DNA of 64,000 nt from Octopus sinensis (lineage: Eukaryota): the NCBI RefSeq assembly GCF_006345805.1, contig NC_043006.1, positions 33,914,001-33,978,000 of the forward strand, given 5' to 3'. A program made the position numbers and the translations under genes. A model generated the notes under the pieces. The model worked only from the letters and a program-made list of their open reading frames with translations, made no database searches and was not told the origin of the DNA. Shown here in pieces: positions 52,820-64,000 of the stretch (the first letter of the stretch is position 1; each line of letters opens with the position of its first letter).

Positions 52820-52960
52820 GAGTCAGGATGGAAGATGATCGGGTCCCCTAGCAATTTCTGTGTGGAGAGTTAGCCCAACGTAAAAAAGACCAGCACACAG
52901 ATTGAAATTGTGTAAGAATACAAAGGAGAAAATCAAAATCTTGGAAAAGGGATGGAAAAA
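52820..52960 (+). pseudogene. RTE-type LINE ORF2 C-terminal fragment
   Basis: VRMEDDRVP*QFLCGELAQRKK resembles the RM.D.RIPKQLLYGEL motif. Confidence 0.55.
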
Positions 52961-52974
52961 CCTCACTCTAAATC

Positions 52975-53250
52975 AGGGTTTTCCAACCAGTTTTTATCCA
53001 CGGACCCCTTTGATTACAATTGTATTCTGGTGGACCCCTATAGCTATTCGATGTTTACAAACTAGTTTTATAGATACTTCTTCCAAAATTCCTATTTTGT
53101 TTTTCACACATTAATTTGTGTAGGTTGAATGCTGTAAAGAAACCCGTTTCTTGCAATCCATACCAAAGCATACATCAAAAGCAAACATTTTTCAGAAGCC
53201 CTTAAAATACTATCGTAGTACCTCAGCTGTTTTGTTGTGTGGACTCCCAA
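52975..53250. mobile_element. Possible hAT-type MITE end
   Basis: CAGGGTTTTCCAACC...CGGACCCC start typical of hAT MITEs; other end uncertain. Confidence 0.35.
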
Positions 53251-53806
53251 TGAAAAGCTCAATAAAGATGTTCAGAAAGGGTCTTCATGTGACCCTTACT
53301 GGCGCACAACCCAATGTTATGGGGTTGTCCTTGTTTAAGACAAGATTTGGAAGTCATCAGAAGAGTCCAACATTGAGGGAAGTTGTTAATCAGGCATTAT
53401 ACGGCATCTCCACTTGCAAAGAGTGTGGGAACGAAAGTGCGTCAGAAAGTTGATTAAAACGTCATAGGAGGGTTTCAACAAAAGCAATATTATAACACCT
53501 ACTGCAAGAGGCACCCATCGGTTCCACGTCTGTAGAAAAGAGTATAAGTCCGTAACTTGATTGAAAAGCAACATCTGTGCGTCTCATGTTTAACAGAAAA
53601 ATCAAGTGATGGGATTGCTCAGAATCCAATCGCAACCATCAATGTACGAATACATACATACATGTACACACACATACATATGCACACATACAGGCGCGCG
53701 CACACTCACACACAAACATGTTTATAGAATACTTTTGTAACTAGTGTAACTCACAGCTGCAAGCCTGTGGAAATGTGTCATATTCCATTGGTATATGTAC
53801 GTGTGT

Positions 53807-53859
<53 letters not shown>

Positions 53860-53917
53860 CGTGATGTGTTGTTTTGTAATAAGTTCTGGGGTTTTGTAAT
53901 GATAATTCTGTTCTGTT

Positions 53918-53966
<49 letters not shown>

Positions 53967-54442
53967 ATAAAATATATGCATATATATGGCGGTGCCCCAG
54001 CATGGCCACAGCTCATTAGCTGAAACTGGAAAAATCAAATCAAAATATATAAATATATATGTACGTACCTACCTCTACATGTACATATACACGCATATAT
54101 GAGTACAGGACACCAAAAGAACGTCGAACACAATGAGAAACGAAAACATAGACACAAACCAATATATATAACACAAAGTAAGTTAGGGGTTATGGGTGCA
54201 ACCCACTAAGGGATAGTATTTATCCGGAGTGATCTTAATGATTTCAATAATTTATATTATAATTTTTATAATTTGTATTCTTATCTTATATGTATTGAAT
54301 TATAAGATATATATGTATGCTATTAAGGTTCTCATTTTGTTAAATGAATAAATAATTCAACATTCTAATATCCGAAACTTGATGAACAAACTAAATTGTT
54401 ACTCCATTTTCTTATTTGTATTATATATATATATATATATAT

Positions 54443-54806
54443 AAATAATAGTTATCGCCATACTAATATGGCATTCTTATAAAAATAAGAAAAAATAAGA
54501 AAACAGCTGTCCGCTTATTAGCTCCGTGAGGCCATCGCCTTAAGTTAGCTATTTGATACACAAACTGTATCCATATAACCTTCGAACAAGGGAGGTCAGT
54601 CGCTCCACACTACTTGACCGGTAGCTGCCGGTCAAGTAGTATGGAGCGACTGACCTCCCTTGTTCGAAGGTTATATGGATACAGTTTGTGTATCAAATAG
54701 CTAACTTAAGGCGATGGCCTCATGGAGCTAATAAGCGGACAGCTTTTTTCTTATTTTTTCTTATTTTTATAAGAATGCCATATTAGTATGGCGATAACTA
54801 TTATTT
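54443..54806. repeat. 364-bp spacerless palindrome
   Basis: 182-bp arms with 4 mismatches, centre AG|CT at 54624/54625. Confidence 0.95.
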
Positions 54807-54934
54807 TCCGGGAACGCTGCCGCTGTTCTCTTTTAGAGAGACTTAGTTATTTTAATATTTCTATTATATATATATATATATATATATATTCAATAATAAA
54901 TCTCTGAACGAGGTGTAAACAGTAACTGCACGAC

Positions 54935-55216
54935 AATGTGAGGTATACTAGCCATCTCAATATGGCTAACCACTAAGGGTGGGTGTTACTGTAGCCTGTA
55001 GCCCCAGGAGAGCATCTCCTCCAGCTGGCTTTAGGCACAAAGCACTAAGGGTGGGTGTTACTGTAGCCTGTAGTCCCAGGAGAACATCTCCAGCTGGCTT
55101 TAGGCAGAAAGTGTGCCTAAAGCCAGCTGGAGGAGATATTCTCCTGGGGCTACAGGCTACAGTAACACCCACCCTTAGTGGTTAGCCATATTGAGATGGC
55201 AAATATACCTCACATT
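54935..55216. repeat. 105-bp inverted repeat with a partial direct copy in its 72-bp spacer
   Basis: Arms 54935-55039 and 55112-55216 (4 mismatches); 55043-55106 repeats the inner part of arm 1. Confidence 0.95.
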
Positions 55217-56181
55217 ATATATATAGTTCTATTGATTTGTTTTTATATGATTATATGTGGTTGTGTGGTAAGAAATTTGCTTCTCAACCACATTGTTGCG
55301 GGTTCAGTTCCACTGCGTGACACCTTGGTAAATGTCTTCTACTATAACCCCAGGCCGACAAGAACCTTGTGAATGGATTTGCTAGACAGAAACTGAAAAG
55401 AAGCCCGTCACACACACACACGCACATACACATACATATATGTGTATGTATGTATGTATGTATGTATGTATGTATGTATGTATGTATGTATGTATGTATG
55501 TATGTATGTATGTATGTATGTATGTATGTATGTATATGCGTGTGTGTATCTTTGTGTTCGTTTGTCCCCAATAACTGCTTGACAACCTGTGTTGGTGCGT
55601 TTACGTTTCCGTAACTTAGCGGTTCGGCAAAGAGACCAACAGAATAAGTACCAGGCTTAAAAAAAGAAGTACTGGGGTCAATTCTTGAAACAAGTTTGTT
55701 CTATGACAAGGGGTCTTTTAGTCGATTGGTTTACCCGGGGTTAACTAATGTGGTGAAGGTGCAGGCATGGCTGTGTGGTTAAGAGACTTGCTTTGCAACC
55801 ACGTGGTTTAGGGTTCAGTCCCACTACGCAGCACTTTGGGCAAGTGTTTTTTTTCCCTATATTCTCGGACTGATCGAGCCCTTGTTAGTGACTCTAGTAG
55901 ATGGAAACTGTGTAGAAGCCCATCGTATATGTGTGCGTATCTGAGTTTGTGTTGGCTTGTTTACGTCCCTGTAATTTAACGGTTTGCTCTGTCTGTCTGT
56001 CTTTCATGTAGTTTGGCCGAATGGTTAAGGCTCTCCGACCAACTGCAAGGCTCCAGGATGCCGTAAGCAGGAAAAATAACCCCACATTAAATATTCACTT
56101 TACTTCGGTATTGAGTTCTTTTTTCACTCTGTTCGTAATATCACCATGTACGTACACATACTTATAAACACAAACTTCTAA

Positions 56182-56221
<40 letters not shown>

Positions 56222-57995
56222 CGCACACACGTGTGTGTGTTTGTGTTTAATTTTGTGGTAGGAACAATGGGTAATCGGTACATCTAATAAAGTTGATTGT
56301 ATGATTAATCCATTTAAGTCAAAGTTGAAGGATGTATCTATTTATAAAATAGATATCTACAAATATACATAAATATAGCACATAGAGTAAGTAAATGGAT
56401 CCTCCGTCGGTTTCTGCGATGTCTATTCAAGTTGCTCTAGCATTCAGTTACCCGCTTAAGTGTTAACACAATACACTGAAATGTTAATAGTTAATGAAAA
56501 ATAATTATGCAGCAAAGAAGAGATACTAGTTGTCAATAATTAACAATATTATTTTAATTATTCCTTGCTAATATAGGAGATATCACAAGATATATCAAAC
56601 CTCTTCAGCAAAGCATAGATTTGATCGTACTTACGAAAGTCGTGATGAAAAAATCATTAAGCAAATAAATGCATGATATTGTACGCTAATTATTGTAGGA
56701 AATTAACAAATTGTTTAAGAGTTACACATAGACTCCATCCAATAGTAGAATAACATTACTTTTATTTATGATTTTGTCTGAAACAAGCTTGAGGCCATTG
56801 TAACTTAACGAACTACAAAATAGGAAAAAAGGGGGTCTATAAAATTAAAAGATGTCGATTAACAGAGAGGTTAAGGGACTAAATAGTGTAGCCCAGAGGA
56901 AGACAAGACGATGGTAGTAAGCTCCAGAAAGTAAATGTTCGAGAAAAGAAGTCGTTAGAATAAAAGAACTTATGTCTAACAGGAAGTTCAATAGAAAAAC
57001 GACGCACCTAGGAAGAGATATGTTTGAAGGTTTTCACAGAGGGTAATAAACCAGAAAATTCATCAGAGCAAGTGGTCCTGGAAACATTTATAGAAAAGAC
57101 ACACCGAAGATTCACTTTGATGACGAGCTAATGACTCCAATCTCGTAGAAAGAAAACGAGCCACCATGTTAACTTCTAGATTGGAATTAAATTATTATAT
57201 TCGAGAATGCAATTATTAGACTAGAAACAAAATACTCTCAAAAATCATTGGCTATAATGATATGTTAATGAGATTACGTAAACAAAAAAACTGAGGTGAA
57301 AAACATTGATACATTTTTATGGATGTACTTCAACTTCCCTTAAACGCTAGCCAACTTTAGTACAATCTCACGGCAGATATATATATCTCGGATACATAGT
57401 CACGTTCTGTTGCACAACGTCTTGTTGAAAGTTCTCTATAGAAAATCATTATAAGTTATTGAACTAAGAATAGACGATGTTAAATTGATTGCACACTCAT
57501 CTAGAAGGCTTCCCGTGGTGGAAGCATTGTCAAGAAGAAACAATTGAAAAGATCAATGCCCTAAACGAGGTATGTGCTTTGCAGGCGGCTGTTTGTGCAA
57601 CAACAGAAAAGGGCACTGGACTAACGTTTGTCTCGTAAAAAGGAAAGGAAATCTCTATACCACAACCCGAATGTTACCTTAAAAGAAGCATTGCCCTCAC
57701 TTTTAACGGACGACCTACATTATTGTCTGAATACCAAGAGAATGAAGAAAAATGCCGCATAATGTCAAGTAAACTTGTATCTGTATTAGAAGGCAACCAG
57801 TTATCAGGTAATTTTGTTAATGATTTAAAGGTCAAAGAATTAATTGTTACTGACTCAGGTAACATCTTGACTGGATAACACATTCTGGATGACAATACCT
57901 TCATGCGACAATTTCTACTCACAAAACTAGTATTCTCTCGCAAAGAAATATGAATTTCCAACTACTTGTTCACTATCACTGGATCCAACTTCTAA

Positions 57996-58670
57996 AAAAA
58001 CTTTAGCATTTAAACTGACTATGTCCTGCCCAAATATTCCACCTGTCTTCCAAATATTCCACCAAATATTCCACCTGTCTTATGTTCAAACCGGACTGAT
58101 CCGATTTCTCACACTTGTCCTACAATGTCATTCTAGAAATGAACAAACACATCATTTGAAATCTCGAAACTACGAGATAATATATAATTAATTCAAAACA
58201 GTGTGAATAAATAAATATTATTTTCTACTCTCGGCACAAGGCTCGAAATTTTTGGGGAGGGGGCCAGTCGATTAGATGGACCCAGTATGCAACAAGTACT
58301 TAATTTATCGACCCCGAAAGGATGAAAGGCAAAGTCGACCTCGGCAGAATTTGAAAGCAAAACGTAAAACAGACGAAATACCTATTTCTTTACTACCCAC
58401 AAGGGGCTAAACACAGAGGGGACAAACAAGGACAGACAAGCGGATTAAGTCAATTACATCGACTCCAGTGCGTAACTGGTACTTATTTAACCGACCCCGA
58501 AAGGATGAAAGGCAAAGTCGACCTCGGCGGAATTTGAACTCAGAACGTAGCGGCAGACGAAATACTGCTAAGCATTTCGCCCGGCGTGCTAACGTTTTTA
58601 CTAGAGCCTCGCCGCCTTTGAATAAATAAATATTGGATTTGACAGAGTAATCTGAATGCTAAATGGTTAG
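57996..58670. mobile_element. MITE family E inside the Gypsy remnant, itself interrupted by a SINE
   Basis: CTTTAGCATTTAAAC start and CTGAATGCTAAATGGTTA end; body contiguous once 58220-58634 is removed. Confidence 0.75.
58220..58618 (-). mobile_element. Dimeric SINE-A (A2 monomer plus 5'-truncated A1 monomer)
   Basis: Flanked by the 16-bp TSD TGAATAAATAAATATT at 58204-58219 and 58619-58634. Confidence 0.85.
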
Positions 58671-60820
58671 ATTCTTGGTTGCCCAGTCTCTCGTGGCAAT
58701 ATCGTCATCAGAAAGGACCTGTTTTCAAAGCACTCTCAGTTAAATATTACACTACGGAGTAATCAAGGCGTAAATATTTCAAAACTAATATCCGTTGCGA
58801 CTCCAAGACTCTCCTTCAAACACTAGAATTTAAACTGTGTAATGATGGCCAAAATACTACTGCTGCAATTGTAGAAGGCATTAGAATGTGAAGATCACTG
58901 TTCCATTACTATCTTATTTCACTTTTCTCGAAGACCAACGCTCAATTTCTTATCTTTTCTAACACTGGATTATCCAGAATCACAAATGAAAATCTCTGTC
59001 GAAAGATTCTCATTTGTGAATTCGTCGATTAAAATTATTACTTTTTATCCAAATGCGCCAAGACGAATGATATTTCCCATGTGATGGGATGTTTTATGAT
59101 GCTCCACCATTACAAGACTCTAAAACTACCATTTTTACTCACAGAAAGTTGTAAAATAACCAAGGACTGCTAAATTTACGAAACCCTCAAACCAGAGTTC
59201 TATAGATAAAAAACAACTAACACACGCACGCACGTTCAATGTAGGAAGTAACATCCATTGACTTCTTTGGACCATTGGGGTCTGCACCTGAGGGTCTTCA
59301 TTTACTGCTGTTATTCGAAAATTTACAATACACTTTCTGATTCTCATATGAGAAAATTATGATTGGTTCTCTCCATTATTTCTTCTGTCTAGTTTACCAA
59401 ATTGCATTCTTTTAGATGATGGCACGCAGTTTGAAGGGGGACAATAATCAAAACATTTCTCCAACGTAAAAACTCGTGCCACACCCTATTACCCCTTAAG
59501 GAAATTGCCATCGAAAGCAATCAAATGTAATTCTTTCAAATCAAATGTAATTCTTGCCACTTGACAGCCAGCTTTTGACCATTCTCAGCAGGAACCAGAA
59601 CCACAATTTGCTCTCTCATCTAAATGGCATTCATCACAATAGTTTAATCTGTTTTGGTCGACTGCAAAATGAACAAACACACTGACAACAGTGGAAATAG
59701 TAACATTTAAAGAAACATTAATTCCAAACTTTGCATAAGTACTCTACAGGAACGGTAACAGACGCAGTCTCAACTCTTCACAAACTATACACATCAATAA
59801 TTGTAGAAACAGTTCTTTCTATATACGCCAACAACTGCAGAAACATTTCTCTCTATATACACCAATAACTATTGTAACAACTTTCTCTGCACGCAGGAAA
59901 TATTGTTCTACCCCAGTTCTTCTCCAACACACAGCAATAGAACCAAACCTTCAACTGGAAACTCCATAATATTCAAAACGAACCGAGAAAGGCCGACTTA
60001 CTCTGGCGTTGAGCGAAATTTCTACTGACAAGGAAAATCCACCCGTAAGAACAAGTGGACATGAGATCAGACGACCAAAACGATAGGAATTATTATTGAC
60101 ATTTCTACCAGTTCAAATATCGTTATTAATCGATAAATTCTACTCAAGTTTTCTCCTGACATTCCACTCTCTTACCTCGACCATTTCTATTCCTTTCACT
60201 TAGCTTGGAAAACTGTGATAAATATATTTGAACCATCACTGTTGTCGTTTCTAACATGTTTATGTTTAATTCTCACATTCCGTACAATGTGGCAGCTGCC
60301 GTTGGGTGCATCAGCACCAGTGCGCTTCTTGCTTTGTCATTTATTCTTCGTCGTTGCGCAACTACAACATGAGGCTTTTCACGGACTCAAGATGGATGGT
60401 GCCAAAATAGATTGAATAAAAGCATTTTACATTTAGACTGTGGTTTATAACACACACATACATATTTATGTGTGTGTGTGAGTACTTATACATATATATT
60501 CATAGATAGTATAATATTACATACACATAATATTATATATGTATAAAACATACATATCGTCGCTATTATGTTAAACCGTTGTATATCCAAATTTGGCCAA
60601 ATGCATTTGTTTCAATATTTATTTTTGCTTGCAATAACCGGTTCTTGGCAGCTGCTTCAGATGCCAAAATACTGAAAATTGTCAAAGTGTAGTACAACAG
60701 TTTTGCTATTGAATGGTGAAACTATTTGTTCATTTTCCGAAAAAAAACAACGTTTTGGACTTACGACACTTTTACATAACAGCAACGATATGTAATATAA
60801 AATTTTATATTTGAATACTG

Positions 60821-60880
<60 letters not shown>

Positions 60881-61439
60881 AGAAAATGAGATAACAACGT
60901 AACAGACGACAATAAAAAACATACGGAGAGATAGACGATACAAAGACGGACAGGAAACATTATTATCAATACCAGATACTTATTAAGTATGTGCTTAAAC
61001 ACTAGAGGCTACAGGTTTTTTGCCTGGGAAAAATCCATTTCAAGGTGTATAGAGTAAAAAAAGATTCAATATACATCAGAGCTAAGCGAAATGAAATCGC
61101 ACCGGAACTGATCACGAAAGTGGCAGATACCGTATTTCGCTGTAGTTGCAGTTTATCAATGCCGCCTACTCGCGTCACTTCTTAAAGAAAATCGTTTGTC
61201 TGAAGTATATACAGAAAGTGTATAAAATATTTGTTGATTTGCTATGGTGTCGTAGAAGCAGAATAAATTTAGATTATGCTATAAAAGCAGCTTATAGTAT
61301 AAGCATTTCTGATTCCATATATTTAACACGCGTGTTGTTTAAACGCCAGAAACGGTAGTATTTCGTCTATACACATAAGTTAAGTACATGGTATTGATAA
61401 TGTAAACAGTATAGAGTTTTAATTGTTGTGATTTCTGGT

Positions 61440-61800
61440 GTCAACTAATTTGTACCGTGCAAGTCAATTCCAAAATGAAGAACTTGAAATTTCGACATGC
61501 TGAATTCACATTTTTATCATCTGCCCATTGACAGATGAGATTTAGCTCATTCTAGTGTGTGACAGCTGCTTCTAGAATTTGGATAGCCATCGGCATAATT
61601 CATTAGATTGGTTGGGAGTATCTGTGAGCTTATACCACTATTATTTATCATCATCTGATAGGGTTATGATAAATAATAGTGGTCTTAGAACTGCATCTTG
61701 AAACATTCTACTTATTACAGGTGATTTGGCAGAGAGGTGGCTGTTTACGAAAACAGATTGAATCCTACCTTGTAAAATGTCAGAACCTCGACATTCTGAA
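61440..61800 (-). pseudogene. CR1/L2-type LINE reverse transcriptase remnant
   Basis: QGRIQSVFVNSHLSAKSPVISRMFQDAVLRPLLFII, NYADG, WAD...KFQVLHFG (with frameshifts). Confidence 0.7.
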
Positions 61801-62630
61801 GTTACCGCCAAAAGCCTATCTGTTTATAGGGCTTATTAGAAAGTTCTAGAAAGTTGAATCCCGTGATGGCTTGACGTTGATGCTGTCGATTAATCGGTCG
61901 ATCACGTGAAACGGCGGTGATCTCAATGTGATATATGCTCAGATATCCAGCGATTCGGTTTCGAATCTGCTATAAACTCATTACTTCAACTAACTCAAAT
62001 AGACAACATGAACCGATACGTTTTTATTGTATATTTTTGACTTTTTAAACCTCTCATTTTGCCAACGTTTAATGATTGTTATTTCTGACATGTGTCATGA
62101 TGTACAGTTTCGATGCGTTGTGATCGACTTATCTTCTCTGTTAGTAAATACAAGTATCTCTCTGTTACAGTTCATCAATTATAACATTTTACAACGCTCG
62201 TACCTTTTTTTTTTTTTTTACATAATTCAACAACAAACACCATAGAACTCACTACGTGTATACAAACGTACATACATACATACATACATACCTCAGTGTG
62301 TGTACATATGTATGTATGTTTGTGTGTATGTATAAGCAAATATGTGTGTTCGTATATATATATATATATATATATACGAACACACATATTTGCTTATACA
62401 CATATGTGTGTGTGTTTATACATGCATGAATATATATATATGTGTGAGTATGTATGTATTTATGTATACAACAAAAACTATATATATGTGTGTATGTGAG
62501 TGAGTGTATTTATACATACACGAATACATACATGCATTCATATATATATATATAATGCATGTATGTATAAATACACACACTCACATACACACACATATAT
62601 AGTTTTGTGCGTATACATATATACATACAT

Positions 62631-62691
<61 letters not shown>

Positions 62692-62781
62692 TGCATGTAT
62701 AAACACACACACACACACACACACATACATACATACATACATACATACATACATACATACATACATACATACATACATACA

Positions 62782-62813
<32 letters not shown>

Positions 62814-63595
62814 CACACACACACGCGCATCATAAAATATTCACGTAAGAACCAACTTGCGTTAGAAAAGAAAGGACGGTTCACTGGCTGGACTTGAGCC
62901 ACGTATTTATCGATTACCAGGCAGCTGTGTTACCGATTACTGCCACAGCCATTCCATCGATCTCAAATAATGTACTTGAATTTATTTTCTACTTGTTCAT
63001 TTTGCTTTGTTTTCTTATATTTTATTTTATTTTATTTTATTTTCATCCCTGCAAGATAATTAGCATAACGGGACATATGCAACGCCACCTATAAATATTA
63101 TATATTCTTGTCTCCGCTACAGTAAGGCGCCCCACTTCGATTCGATGTTTGCTGTGAAAAATAACCCCATAAAACAAATTATGAATTTATGAATGAACAT
63201 GTGTATGTGTGTGAGAGAGAGAGAGAGAGAGAGGGGTGGGTGGGTAAAGAGAGAAGGCGAGTGGCTTAGTGGCTAAAGAATTCGTCTCACAGTCGTAAGG
63301 TCGGGAGTTCGATTCCCGGTGGTGCGTGCTGTCCTTGAGCAAGATACTTTATTTCACGTTGCTCCAGTCCACACAGCTGGCAAAAAATGAGTTGTACTTG
63401 TAATTCTCAAGGATCAGCCTTGTCACAATCTGTGTCACGCTGAACCTCCCTGAGACCAATGTCAAGGGTACGCATGTCAGCTTCTTGCACGTTAATTTCA
63501 CGAGGAGGCTGTTCCGTTGAACAAGTTTAATTCGCTTCGTCGAAACCGACGGAGAGCTTGCGCTCGTGTGTGGTGTGTATTGAAAGATAAATGTG

Positions 63596-64000
63596 CAGGG
63601 TATCCCCCCAAAACGTATACAGACTTTAACAGCTGACAACTCACTAAATTTTCATCCTTTTTAAAAAAAAGATTTAACCCATTGAAAATAATGAGGGAAG
63701 ACAAACTAAGCTTTGAACAATGAAAATTCAGAATAAAGTGCAACTGGAATTTTGAAACACAATCAAAATGTCAAGACAATTTAGGATGCGTTTCGAACAG
63801 ATCCATCAACACGACATACCCTTAGCCGAATTAGAGATAAGTTTGAAGTAGATGGAATTGTTCCGAATATTCGCAAGGAATATTCCATAAGACAGCGGGT
63901 TTTGCTGAGCCCATAAAAAGTAAGAATGGCTAATAGAAACGTATTGCCAGCGCGTTGTGAGATGCGAATTTCAAAATCAAGCGCCCGTCGCATTTTCAAG
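63596..64000 (+). mobile_element. 5' end of a Tc1/mariner-superfamily transposon with degenerate transposase
   Basis: CAGGGTATCCCCCCAAAACGTATACA TIR-like start; KLSFEQ...DPSTRHTLSRIRDKFEVDGIV..IRKE resembles the N-terminal HTH of these transposases; runs off the window. Confidence 0.7.

Larger units (their letters stand above)
56850..60450 (+). pseudogene. Degenerate Ty3/Gypsy element (gag knuckle, integrase, possible 3' LTR at about 60215-60450)
   Basis: CLCNNRKGHWTNVC near 57590; TSIDFFGPL near 59260; LPNCILLDDGTQF...TPYYP at 59395-59495; AATAAA then TTTATAACA near 60450. The left boundary is vague. Confidence 0.65.

Noticed and set aside
56025-56090. tRNA-Ser/Leu-like 5' sequence GTAGTTTGGCCGAATGGTTAAGGC
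   Set aside because: No anticodon arm, T-arm or B-box follows; at most a tRNA-derived repeat fragment. SINE heads elsewhere are likewise not tRNA genes.
63781-63999. - strand 72-aa ORF
   Set aside because: Antisense to the degenerate mariner-type transposase on the + strand.

Overview
AT-rich, microsatellite-saturated eukaryotic DNA. The repeat repertoire (tRNA/CORE-type SINEs, RTE-type tails ending in (GAT)n) points to an octopod cephalopod; this is inferred from recalled repeat families, not from a search. Nearly all ORFs in the supplied track are microsatellite artefacts. Supported content: (1) a phase-compatible chain of small + strand exons at 1-11581 for an unidentified protein; (2) a CpG-rich - strand coding exon at 47069-47290 with a GTAAGT donor; (3) dozens of SINE copies from several families; (4) decayed Gypsy, RTE, CR1/L2, R4/Dong-like and Tc1/mariner remnants; (5) several MITEs with clean TIRs/TSDs, often nested; (6) large palindromes at 54.4-55.2 kb; (7) a switch from CpG-depleted to CpG-retaining DNA near 44.6 kb. 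The most novel signals are minimal hammerhead-ribozyme motifs of the Penelope-like type: one forms the tail of a tRNA-headed SINE (two copies, one with a 14-bp TSD), another occurs as a back-to-back inverted pair. Repeat boundaries were read by eye and are approximate unless TSD/TIR coordinates are given; family letters (A-I) are my own labels.
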